Of a DNA stretch of 64,000 nucleotides, positions 9,253 through 17,805 are shown piece after piece. Below the pieces are notes generated by a model. It did no database searches and was not told where the DNA came from. It worked only from the letters and a program-made list of their open reading frames with translations. Origin of the DNA: Candidatus Hodarchaeota archaeon (GTDB lineage Archaea > Asgardarchaeota > Lokiarchaeia > Sigyniarchaeales > SOKP01); NCBI GenBank assembly GCA_048887225.1, contig JBHLJY010000005.1:32001-96000 (forward strand), read 5' to 3'. Numbering within the stretch: the stretch's first letter is position 1; every line of letters begins with the position of its first letter. A program made the translations under genes and the position numbers.

Positions 9253-10074
9253 TTATAAATTTAAGACTTCACGTGTATTATATATCTTATTTTCTCTAGC
9301 TTTAGATATAAATTTTATAGCGGTTATTGACCCATTGGCAAAACACATTCTACTATGAGCTTGATGTTTTAATTCGATTCGTTCACCAGGACCAGCGTAT
9401 AAAACAGTATGATCACCAACTATATCACCTGCGCGGATAGAATGAACGCCTATTTCGTTTTTAGCGCCAATTAACCTTTGATTAGGTCCTAAGTTGCGAC
9501 CAAATTTTGCTATATCGTTAAATTCACTCCCAATTGTATCACCTATAATTTTTCCAATGGTTAATGCCGTCCCAGAAGGTGAATCTCGCTTCCTATGATG
9601 ATGGGCTTCGATTATTTCTATGTCCCAATCTTCTAAATAATTTGTCAAAATAGACACCATTTTGAAAAAAATATTTACGCCTGTAGCCATATTTGACGAA
9701 ACAACAGCTGGCGCTTCATTTTCTTTCACTAATTTCTCAAATTCTTTAAAGAATTTTTCAGAAAGTCCAGTAGTTCCAATTACACAACGGATTCCATTCT
9801 TAACACAGATCTTACAATTATTCTCTGTTGCTTTTGCGATTGAGAAATCCACAGCAACATCTGGATTTGTATTAACTATAATCTCTTGAAGATTTTCAAC
9901 ATTACTAATTATTAATTTATTAGGATCTTTAGTGCCAGCTATATTGCCTAACATATCACCAATATTACTTACATCACAAGCAGCAACAACTTCAATCTCA
10001 TTATCTTCTAAAGCTAACTTGCTAATTAATCTACCCATTGAGCCATTTGCGCCTAAAATTATTAATTTAATCAA
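9253..10074 (-). CDS. dapB: 4-hydroxy-tetrahydrodipicolinate reductase
   Basis: GANGSMG, GTTG, EAHHHRKRDSPSGTA, RAGDIVGDH; TTG at 10074 after the GGTGG SD preferred. Confidence 0.95.
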   Translation of the reverse strand: MIKLIILGANGSMGRLISKLALEDNEIEVVAACDVSNIGDMLGNIAGTKDPNKLIISNVENLQEIIVNTNPDVAVDFSIAKATENNCKICVKNGIRCVIGTTGLSEKFFKEFEKLVKENEAPAVVSSNMATGVNIFFKMVSILTNYLEDWDIEIIEAHHHRKRDSPSGTALTIGKIIGDTIGSEFNDIAKFGRNLGPNQRLIGAKNEIGVHSIRAGDIVGDHTVLYAGPGERIELKHQAHSRMCFANGSITAIKFISKARENKIYNTREVLNL

Positions 10075-10089
10075 ATAAAACACCACCTT

Positions 10090-10998
10090 TTAAATTAAAT
10101 TCAATCTCTTTAATACAGTTTTAATTTTTTCACAATTCGCATCTAATGGTGGTGTAAGAGGTAATCTCATCCTTTTATTCATTATACCCATTATTTCAGC
10201 GGCATATTTCACAGGTCCGGGATTAGTCTCAATGAATAACACTTTAAATAGGTCGTATAATTCAAGTTGCATTTTCCTAGCTTTTTCCCAATCGCCGGCA
10301 TTCATTGTTTTTGTGAATTCAAATATTTTAGCAGGGATTATATTTGATGCTACGCTTATAACTCCTACACCCCCTAAAGCCATAAGGTGATATGTCATAC
10401 CATCATCTCCACTTAGAACTATGAAATCATCTGGCGTCATTTTAATGATTTTTGTTATCTGATCTATGTTTCCACTTGCGCATTTAATCCCTACAATATT
10501 ATCTTTTTTCCTTGCTAATGTAGCAACGGTTTCTGGATCTAAATTTCGCACTGTACGACTTGGTACATTATATAAGATAATCGGTAGGCTAATAGAATCA
10601 GCAATAGCGGAATAGTGATCAATTAATGAATGCTGAACTGGTTTATTATAATAAGGCACAACAATTAAGCATCCATCCGCTCCTGCTTTTTCTGCATATT
10701 GACTTAACGATATTGCCTCATGTGTTGCGTTGCTACCAGTTCCGGCCAAAACAAATGGATTCTTACCAGTTTTTTTTGCCTCATCTACACAAATATTTAT
10801 TGCTCTATGATGTTCTTCATGAGTAAGAGTCGCACTTTCACCAGTTGTTCCCATTGTTAATGGCTGACAACCATTATCAATTTGAAATCTAATAAATTTT
10901 CTATATTTTTCTTCATCAATAGAAAAATCTTCATTAAACGGCGTGATCATGGCCGTTATGACATTTTTTAACTTATCTAATTTTTTAAATTGAGACAT
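10090..10998 (-). CDS. dapA: 4-hydroxy-tetrahydrodipicolinate synthase
   Basis: GTTGES, PYYNKP, LYNVPSRT, GIK, SGDD, ETNPGPVK. Confidence 0.96.
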   Translation of the reverse strand: MSQFKKLDKLKNVITAMITPFNEDFSIDEEKYRKFIRFQIDNGCQPLTMGTTGESATLTHEEHHRAINICVDEAKKTGKNPFVLAGTGSNATHEAISLSQYAEKAGADGCLIVVPYYNKPVQHSLIDHYSAIADSISLPIILYNVPSRTVRNLDPETVATLARKKDNIVGIKCASGNIDQITKIIKMTPDDFIVLSGDDGMTYHLMALGGVGVISVASNIIPAKIFEFTKTMNAGDWEKARKMQLELYDLFKVLFIETNPGPVKYAAEIMGIMNKRMRLPLTPPLDANCEKIKTVLKRLNLI

Positions 10999-11112
10999 AA
11001 CAATTTTACCTCTTCAAATTAAACTTTTAATTAAAGTATTAATTGGAAGGAATCCTTTATAAGCCTTATCAATAGTTTTATTAATTATTTGTAAGGAAGA
11101 TATAGAGAGTAT

Positions 11113-12360
11113 TTATTTTTTATTTTCCTTTAATTTCTTTTTTATTAAAAAGCCCATTTTACTTTGCATACCCCATAGGGGAATAAATCCGTAGCTTAAT
11201 CTTTGATTAAATGTACTTTCAGTATCGTAAGTAGCCAAATTTAAATCGTATAACCCATAAGGAGATTCTCGAGCTACAACTTCGGCACTTCCTTTAAATA
11301 ATTTAACTTTGACACTACCCGTAACTTTTACATTAACTTCGTTTATGAAAGCTTCTAAAGCGTCTTTTAAAGGATCGACCCACAATCCTTCGTAAGCTAA
11401 TTCAGTCCATCTTTGATCGACTATGGTTTTAAACGAATTTTCGTGCTTAGTACATACGTATTTTTCGAGATCTTTATGTGCTTTAATTAAAATTAATGCT
11501 GCTGGAGTTTCATATGTTTCACGAGATTTTAATCCGATAGCTCGATCTTCCATATGTTCTATTCTTCCTACTCCATGCTTGCATCCTAAATCATGTAATT
11601 TCTTGATTAGATTAACATTATTTATTTTTTCACCATTCAAACCAACAGGTATTCCTTCTTCAAAGTTGATGGTAATGTATTCAACCTTATCAGGAGCTTC
11701 TTCAGGAGCAGTAGTCCATTCTTTAGAATCTTCTGGCGGTTCAATTTCAGGATGTTCTAATATATCACACTCAGCGCTTCTCCCAAAAAGATTTTCGTCA
11801 ATACTATATTTCTTAGCCTGATCTGATATTGGGATTCCATATTGTTGAGCGTATCTAATTTCTTCGTCTCTACCCATATTCCATTCTATTAAGGGTTGCA
11901 ATACCTCAATTTCAGGAGCGTACGCATTTACAGTAATATTAATTCTAATTTGATCATTTCCTTTTCCTGTACACCCATGTGCAACTGTAGAAATCCCTTC
12001 ATTTTTTGCAATCTTAACAGCTTCAATCGCTATCAATGGTCTTCCTACAGCGGTACTTAATGGATAAACTCCTTGATATAATCCATTTGCCTTAATTGTT
12101 GGAAAAATATATTCCTTTACAAATTTCTCTTTTAAATCAACCTTAAAATGTTTAAAAGCGCCTAATTTATACGCTTTTTCTTCAATTTCTTTAAATCTGT
12201 TAGGATTGGCAAATTCTTGTCCTAAATCAGCAGTAAATGTATAGATTTTGGCACCGTAAGTTTCCTGAAGCCATTTTATCATGCAAGAAGTATCTAAACC
12301 TCCCGAATACATTAACAGGATCTTATCGTACTTGTCCTTTTTGGGTCCTAATTGATTCAT
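11113..12360 (-). CDS. argG: Argininosuccinate synthase
   Basis: YSGGLDTS, HGCTGKGNDQ, SIDENLFGR, KSRETYE. Confidence 0.97.
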   Translation of the reverse strand: MNQLGPKKDKYDKILLMYSGGLDTSCMIKWLQETYGAKIYTFTADLGQEFANPNRFKEIEEKAYKLGAFKHFKVDLKEKFVKEYIFPTIKANGLYQGVYPLSTAVGRPLIAIEAVKIAKNEGISTVAHGCTGKGNDQIRINITVNAYAPEIEVLQPLIEWNMGRDEEIRYAQQYGIPISDQAKKYSIDENLFGRSAECDILEHPEIEPPEDSKEWTTAPEEAPDKVEYITINFEEGIPVGLNGEKINNVNLIKKLHDLGCKHGVGRIEHMEDRAIGLKSRETYETPAALILIKAHKDLEKYVCTKHENSFKTIVDQRWTELAYEGLWVDPLKDALEAFINEVNVKVTGSVKVKLFKGSAEVVARESPYGLYDLNLATYDTESTFNQRLSYGFIPLWGMQSKMGFLIKKKLKENKK

Positions 12361-12611
12361 ATTCCATCATCTCAAAATGATAAACATATAAAGATTCGAT
12401 AGAATTTATTTTTTCTTGTTGAATTCAATTTAAAATTTATAGAATAAAAAAAAGAAATAATAGAATCTAAAATAAAAACACTAATATCCGAAATAATTAA
12501 GGTTTTAAAACTTCCTAATTTCCCAACATAATTCAAGATATTAAAAAAGGTTAAAAGATTTAAAAATATTTAATTTACAAAATTAAACCCTCTCTATCAT
12601 CTCAAAATAAA

Positions 12612-13607
12612 TTGAATTATTTAGACAAATTCCAAGGCTGTTTATTAGGCGTAGCAATAGGGGATACTTTAGGACATCCTTTTGAAGGAAAATTAAGAGC
12701 TGAAATATATTCACATTTTAAAAATTTTGAAGATTTTATATACAATAACAGAAGATTATTTAATACATATACTGATGACACACAGCTCACATTACACACT
12801 GCTGAAGCGTTAATTCGAGGAAATGGATTCAACCTTAATAATTTTATCAGTGAATACATTAAATGGTTGGATGATCCTCCAATTGGTCCTGGATATGGTT
12901 GTATTTCTTCAATCAGAAGATTAAAATATGGTATAATTAGGGAAGAAGCTGCTTCTAATTCTGGTGGCAATGGAACAGCCATGCGAATTGCGCCAGTTGG
13001 ACTATTTTATTGTAAAGATTTAATAGGTTTAAAAACAGTAGCAATCAAATCGAGTAAAATTACACACTCTCATCCTGCCGCTTCTGCTGGAGCAGTCGTT
13101 ATTGCAAGAGCTATTGCTTATTTAATTGAAAAAAATCCAAAAACAAAATTTTCGGTTGACGAATTTTTTGATACTATAATATCTTCTATCTCTGGCTCTC
13201 AGCACGAGATTTGGGAAGAATTTATCAAGATCTTACATAAATTAAAATCGAATCTCGATTTATCAATAGAGGCAGCTTTAATAAAATTCTCACAAGCGGG
13301 CGTAAAATCACCTTATTTTATAGAACAATTCTTAGGACAAGCTTTTGTACATCCTTACACTTTAAGTACAGTAGCGTGCGCAATTTTTATCTTTTTAAAA
13401 AGGTTAGATTCATTTAAAGAATGTATCTTTGAACTTTCTACTGCTGGAGGAGATAGTGACACAACCGGAGCAATTGGAGGCAGTCTAGCCGGAGCGTATT
13501 TTGGTCTAAAGAATATTCCAAATAATTTGATAAAATTAGTTAAAAATTATAATAAAATTTTGAAAATTTCCGAAACTCTTTACAATAAATTTGAGGAGCT
13601 TTATTAA
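12612..13607 (+). CDS. ADP-ribosylglycohydrolase (DraG/ARH family)
   Basis: AIGDTLG, YTDDTQ, GNGTAMRIAP, THSH, GGDSDTTGAIGG. Confidence 0.92.
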   Translation: MNYLDKFQGCLLGVAIGDTLGHPFEGKLRAEIYSHFKNFEDFIYNNRRLFNTYTDDTQLTLHTAEALIRGNGFNLNNFISEYIKWLDDPPIGPGYGCISSIRRLKYGIIREEAASNSGGNGTAMRIAPVGLFYCKDLIGLKTVAIKSSKITHSHPAASAGAVVIARAIAYLIEKNPKTKFSVDEFFDTIISSISGSQHEIWEEFIKILHKLKSNLDLSIEAALIKFSQAGVKSPYFIEQFLGQAFVHPYTLSTVACAIFIFLKRLDSFKECIFELSTAGGDSDTTGAIGGSLAGAYFGLKNIPNNLIKLVKNYNKILKISETLYNKFEELY

Positions 13608-13658
13608 ATAAGTCATTTTGTTTTAAAATAAGGAAGAAATCTCTTATTACAAATTATT

Positions 13659-14231
13659 TTAATTTGAAAAGACCTTATTCATTTTTTTTGAGCAAGATTG
13701 GCAATATTCAGCGGGTTTTTCGTCTGTATCCGCTAAACAATTTGAAAATTGCATTACACAGTTATTATTGCAATGTTCTAAACCAAAAGTATGTCCGAGC
13801 TCGTGAACAGCTTCTTTTAAACCTCTTAATTCAAATAAAGCTTCATTTTTAGGTCTTCTGTAAAAGCTTTCTCTAAGGCGTGCAATTGAAATTAATGCTG
13901 CTCCAGGACCTTTTAAAAAATATTTTTTAGGAATTATCGCAACACCAAAAACGAAATTCAGAAATCTTGAAAAAATGTCTTTATCAATTATTCCTAACGT
14001 ACGAAAATATTGTTTTTTATTTATATGCTCAATAAGCTTTCTTAAAAGTAAAGATGCGTTATATTGTCTTCTTGAAGCGTTGTACTCAGAATCAGTTAAA
14101 GGGATTGACTCTGACAAGATTTTCACAGAATCTATAAAATCTTTTAGCGCCCATTTTAAATTTTTTTTTAATTTTATTAAAATTCCTGGCTCTAAATCTC
14201 CAATCTTTTGAATGTAAATGATTTTTTTCAA
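13659..14231 (-). CDS. amzA: Archaemetzincin (peptidase M54)
   Basis: HELGHTFGLEHC, CVMQFS, terminal CxxC. Confidence 0.92.
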   Translation of the reverse strand: MKKIIYIQKIGDLEPGILIKLKKNLKWALKDFIDSVKILSESIPLTDSEYNASRRQYNASLLLRKLIEHINKKQYFRTLGIIDKDIFSRFLNFVFGVAIIPKKYFLKGPGAALISIARLRESFYRRPKNEALFELRGLKEAVHELGHTFGLEHCNNNCVMQFSNCLADTDEKPAEYCQSCSKKMNKVFSN

Positions 14232-14417
14232 CGAGAATCCTTTAAATATTTAAAATTCTTATTTTCAATTCTATCTAGTAAAATATCAACTAAGAAATAT
14301 TGTTTCTTAATTGTCTTTAAAAAAAGAAAAATTGAAAAAATAATATTACCTTTTATAGAAATAAGCTTAACCTTAAATATACTTTTTATTGGACCTATAG
14401 TTTTTCTCAAAAACTAT

Positions 14418-14523
14418 GGGAGGGTGGTCTAGCTTGGTATGATACTGTAAAGAACATTAATCTTTACGGCTTGAATCTTGGTTTGGGACCAAGGGGTCGG
14501 GGGTTCAAATCCCCCCTCTCCCA
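14418..14523 (+). tRNA. tRNA-Pro(UGG) with a ~32-nt intron at about position 25/26 (intron ~14444-14475)
   Basis: Acceptor GGGAGGG/CTCTCCC; D arm GTCT..TGAT; anticodon arm CTTGG-TTTGGGA-CCAAG (TGG 14484-86); T arm GGGGG-TTCAAAT-CCCCC; extra hairpin insert between the D and anticodon arms. Confidence 0.93.
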
Positions 14524-14579
14524 TTTCAGTTAATCTAATCAATGGATTCTTCGATATTAAAATATAATAAATTTTAGTT

Positions 14580-15113
14580 TTAAGATTTGATCAAAAGAGT
14601 GATAGCAGCCACAATTGCCCAGCCAATACAGATAAACAATAAAATCATCTTCACGAGAGCGAAACTGCTATGTATTAATGCCCATATATCAGGAAAGCCT
14701 GTTGGATCTGTAAGCATTAATAAAATGAATATATTTTCTGTCGCGTCACAACATGCAGCAATAACACCTAAGAGGGCAATTATATGACCCGAATTATTCC
14801 AAAATGAGCCCACTTCAAATTTTCGAGATATTATCAAAGCTAAACTAAAAGCAAAAGTTCCATAACCAACCATATATGCGTAATCTAGAGTTTCTACTAT
14901 TCTATAGTATTTTACGTCAGTAATACTATAATATTCTTTCATTTTGGACCCGCTGAAGGATAATTGGCTCTCAGTGAAGCTTACGGGAAATCCTGATAAT
15001 AAGAAGAAGTATGCCATAATTAGAAAGATTAATATTGAGAGTATAATACCCAGAATTACTAGATACTTAGTAATTTTAGGAGATGGCCAATCATTTAATT
15101 TTTCTAAAACCAT
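14580..15113 (-). CDS. Hypothetical 4-TM membrane protein
   Basis: Four hydrophobic helices; LDYAY and DATEN segments. Confidence 0.7.
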   Translation of the reverse strand: MVLEKLNDWPSPKITKYLVILGIILSILIFLIMAYFFLLSGFPVSFTESQLSFSGSKMKEYYSITDVKYYRIVETLDYAYMVGYGTFAFSLALIISRKFEVGSFWNNSGHIIALLGVIAACCDATENIFILLMLTDPTGFPDIWALIHSSFALVKMILLFICIGWAIVAAITLLIKS

Positions 15114-15160
15114 TTTTTGAAACCTCTTAAAAAAATTAATGAATTAAAATATGAGGTTCT

Positions 15161-16231
15161 CTAATTTAAATGCTTTCTTAATTCTTTTGAGATTTTGTCA
15201 ACTTTTTTGTCTTTTATCCAGTATCGAATCTTCTTTGACCTAAGTAAAGTTTGAATTTTTTCATTCAACTCATTCATTTTCCTTCTATCTTTTTCAGATA
15301 ACTGAGGGACTTTTTCTAAAATCTTTTCCTTGACTTTCTCAACTTCTTTTTCTATAATTGGAATACTAATCTGCTCCTTTCCTTCGATAAGCCTTTTTCT
15401 CAAAATCTCTTTAATACTTTTTACCCATCCTTTAACCCATGGATAATGCCCTTTTTTTACAGGATCTTTTATGATAATATTTTTTCTATCAACAATGATT
15501 AAATCATCAGGGCATGAATTCTCGCAGGCACCACAATAAAAACATTCTTCCTCGTTACACGCAATTTTTCCGTATTTTATAACTTCTTCTGCACTTTCAG
15601 GAATAAAAAAAGATTCTACAGGGCATATATTAACGCACGCTTTACAACCTTGGGGATCACACTTCCATAACATATTTTTTTTGATGATTACCTCTCCTTC
15701 TATTGGAGAATCTATATGAAAGCATTGCGTTGGACATTCTTTTTTGATTTTATAATAATCTTTTATATTATTTCGATCTAACACCTTCAAACATAATCGA
15801 CAAACTTCATTATTAGGATCTTCAATACATTTATTTTCATCAATTTTGTAAAACTTGCCCATCGTTGGAAATTCTTCAAGGTCTATTTGCCCTTCAGGTT
15901 CAAGAATTTCGTGAAAAGCGTCGTTTGGGCAAACTATAACGCATAACATACAGTAGCAGCATTTTTCATGGTCAATTAAAAGTTTAGGATTAGAATCGTC
16001 TAAAATGTTTTGAGCAATTTCTGGAATTGGACCAAGTTCAATTGCATCAACGGGACATACCAACTTGCATAAACTACACCCAATACATTTATTAATATCG
16101 TATGTAAGGTTTTTATTAACATCTTTATATTTCCAATTGAGAATGAACTGTTCTGGACCAATTTCCAGCTTTTTTTCAATTGCTTCTTCCGCTTCAGTTG
16201 GATAATTATCATCCTGAGTTATTGGAGAAAT
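15161..16231 (-). CDS. Polyferredoxin (FwdF-like 4Fe-4S protein)
   Basis: Multiple CxxCxxCxxxCP motifs. The first motif (CIGCSLCKLVCP) begins upstream of the tracked TTG 16063; frame open to 16246; probable ATT start at 16231. Confidence 0.85.
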   Translation of the reverse strand: MSPITQDDNYPTEAEEAIEKKLEIGPEQFILNWKYKDVNKNLTYDINKCIGCSLCKLVCPVDAIELGPIPEIAQNILDDSNPKLLIDHEKCCYCMLCVIVCPNDAFHEILEPEGQIDLEEFPTMGKFYKIDENKCIEDPNNEVCRLCLKVLDRNNIKDYYKIKKECPTQCFHIDSPIEGEVIIKKNMLWKCDPQGCKACVNICPVESFFIPESAEEVIKYGKIACNEEECFYCGACENSCPDDLIIVDRKNIIIKDPVKKGHYPWVKGWVKSIKEILRKRLIEGKEQISIPIIEKEVEKVKEKILEKVPQLSEKDRRKMNELNEKIQTLLRSKKIRYWIKDKKVDKISKELRKHLN

Positions 16232-16391
16232 TATTAATCGACCACACTATAAATTCGCTTTTTCCTAATTAATCTAAATTGTTCTATATAATTAATTTTA
16301 ATGCCTTAGAAAAATAAAAAATTAACTCGCACTAATTTTGTGAAATAAAATTTTACTATAATAAAATTAAGAAAAATGCTAGTGGTATTCT

Positions 16392-16892
16392 CTATGAATA
16401 GTAGGAATAGCTTTCTCTATCAAAACCATATATATATTCTATTGAAATTCCATCTGGACGATATTCAGGAGGAGCATAGATAAGATTTAGATTTGGGAAA
16501 TAAGTTCCTATTCCATTTTTTGCAAGAACTATCGCAGGATGATCTGCATCTTTAAAAATTTCTTCGCTAATTCTAAGGGTTGTCGCTCGACACATTCTTT
16601 CATCCCAGATGCCAAGGGAATGAACGTATTCATGTAAAAAAATATGATATGTGTAAGACCAGACAATCTGATAAGGTTGTTCTTCGAGAATTATTTTTAA
16701 AGGTGTTTTATTCATAACTATATCCGTACCTGGAGGAAAATGCATTCCACCAATAAATCCCCCTCTATAAATGCCTAATTCTGCTAATCCTAAACTCAAA
16801 CCAGCCCGATGGCGTCCAAGGATTTTTTTTACATCTTTTTTTACCCGTTCGAAGATATTAGGCATTAAATTCTTAAATTCTTTAAGATTCAT
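16392..16892 (-). CDS. Conserved archaeal protein with an HExxH (zincin-like) motif
   Basis: HEYVHSLG; last gene of the hsp20-cdc48-regulator run. Confidence 0.65.
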   Translation of the reverse strand: MNLKEFKNLMPNIFERVKKDVKKILGRHRAGLSLGLAELGIYRGGFIGGMHFPPGTDIVMNKTPLKIILEEQPYQIVWSYTYHIFLHEYVHSLGIWDERMCRATTLRISEEIFKDADHPAIVLAKNGIGTYFPNLNLIYAPPEYRPDGISIEYIYGFDRESYSYYS

Positions 16893-16938
16893 AACAATAT
16901 TTTTTCCTTTTTAATTCTCTTAAAATTTATTTTTTAAT

Positions 16939-17760
16939 TTAAAAATCAAAAAACCAATCATCGTCTTCTTCATGGAAAAAATCCATCAAGTTAGATAAGT
17001 CTTTTAGCAAGGGTTTAATGGATATTCGGCTTTGGGCCCGTTCTATTGAATCCATTTCAGAATGGAATAAATCATCTATTAAGCTATCTATATTTATTCT
17101 CTTATAGTATTTATCTGGATTAAAAAAGAAAGTATAAAATATTTCTTCAATTAAATTTAAACTTTCTTGTATATTCTTTGCTTTAAATTGCCGCTCTTTA
17201 ATATTCTTTTCGAGCTCTTTTTTATATTGGCTTTCCATAAGTTTTTTGAGTTCTACAATAAAGCATTGCTTATTTTGTAATAATTCACTTCTATTTCTTT
17301 CCAAATTTCTAATATTATCTTCTATTTCTTTAATTCTTTCACCCAAAAATCGAATTTTTTCATTTGGTGATTTTTTTCTCTGAAAATCTGTTAAAAATCC
17401 AGTATCTTTTAGTTGAATCGCTTTAAAATCATCATCAACTTTAGTTGTACGAAATTTTATCCCATAATAATCAGGTGATATATCTATTCTAAGAGAAATA
17501 TCACTTTTTATTCTATACTCAATTCCTCGTTTTTCAGTGCCAATTTCTTCAATTATCTCATTGTCGTTAAGAATTTTCAATTGACTATGTACAGCTTGTC
17601 TTGATATTCCTAATTCGTTTGCTAATTCCGAAGTGGAGTGTGGAACTTTAGCTAATTTTGCCAAAATTGCTCTTCTTGTTGGGTTTCCCAATATTTCCAA
17701 TAAATTGTCTAAACTAATAAAACTAGTTATTTTATCTCGCTCCTCAAGTTCCATTTTCAA
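16939..17760 (-). CDS. ArsR-type wHTH/coiled-coil regulator (Phr/HSR1-like heat-shock repressor)
   Basis: LGNPTRRAIL..ELANELGISRQAVHSQL HTH followed by a coiled coil; adjacent to cdc48 and hsp20. Confidence 0.8.
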   Translation of the reverse strand: MKMELEERDKITSFISLDNLLEILGNPTRRAILAKLAKVPHSTSELANELGISRQAVHSQLKILNDNEIIEEIGTEKRGIEYRIKSDISLRIDISPDYYGIKFRTTKVDDDFKAIQLKDTGFLTDFQRKKSPNEKIRFLGERIKEIEDNIRNLERNRSELLQNKQCFIVELKKLMESQYKKELEKNIKERQFKAKNIQESLNLIEEIFYTFFFNPDKYYKRINIDSLIDDLFHSEMDSIERAQSRISIKPLLKDLSNLMDFFHEEDDDWFFDF

Positions 17761-17805
17761 TCATAATCTCTTTTTAACAATTTTAAAAAAAATTAAATAA
17801 ATTAA

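Noticed and set aside
14208-14432. Short ORFs 14208-14432 (+) and 14228-14410 (-)
   Set aside because: Low-complexity AT-rich promoter region overlapping the tRNA and the amzA start; no motifs
14400-14600. tRNA-Pro as an integration site for a mobile element
   Set aside because: No integrase, and no duplicated tRNA 3' end seen in the window
16000-16212. 70-aa ORF as a separate gene or frameshift partner of the polyferredoxin
   Set aside because: The ferredoxin frame itself is open across this region and contains the Fe-S motif; the 70-aa ORF is an alternative-frame shadow
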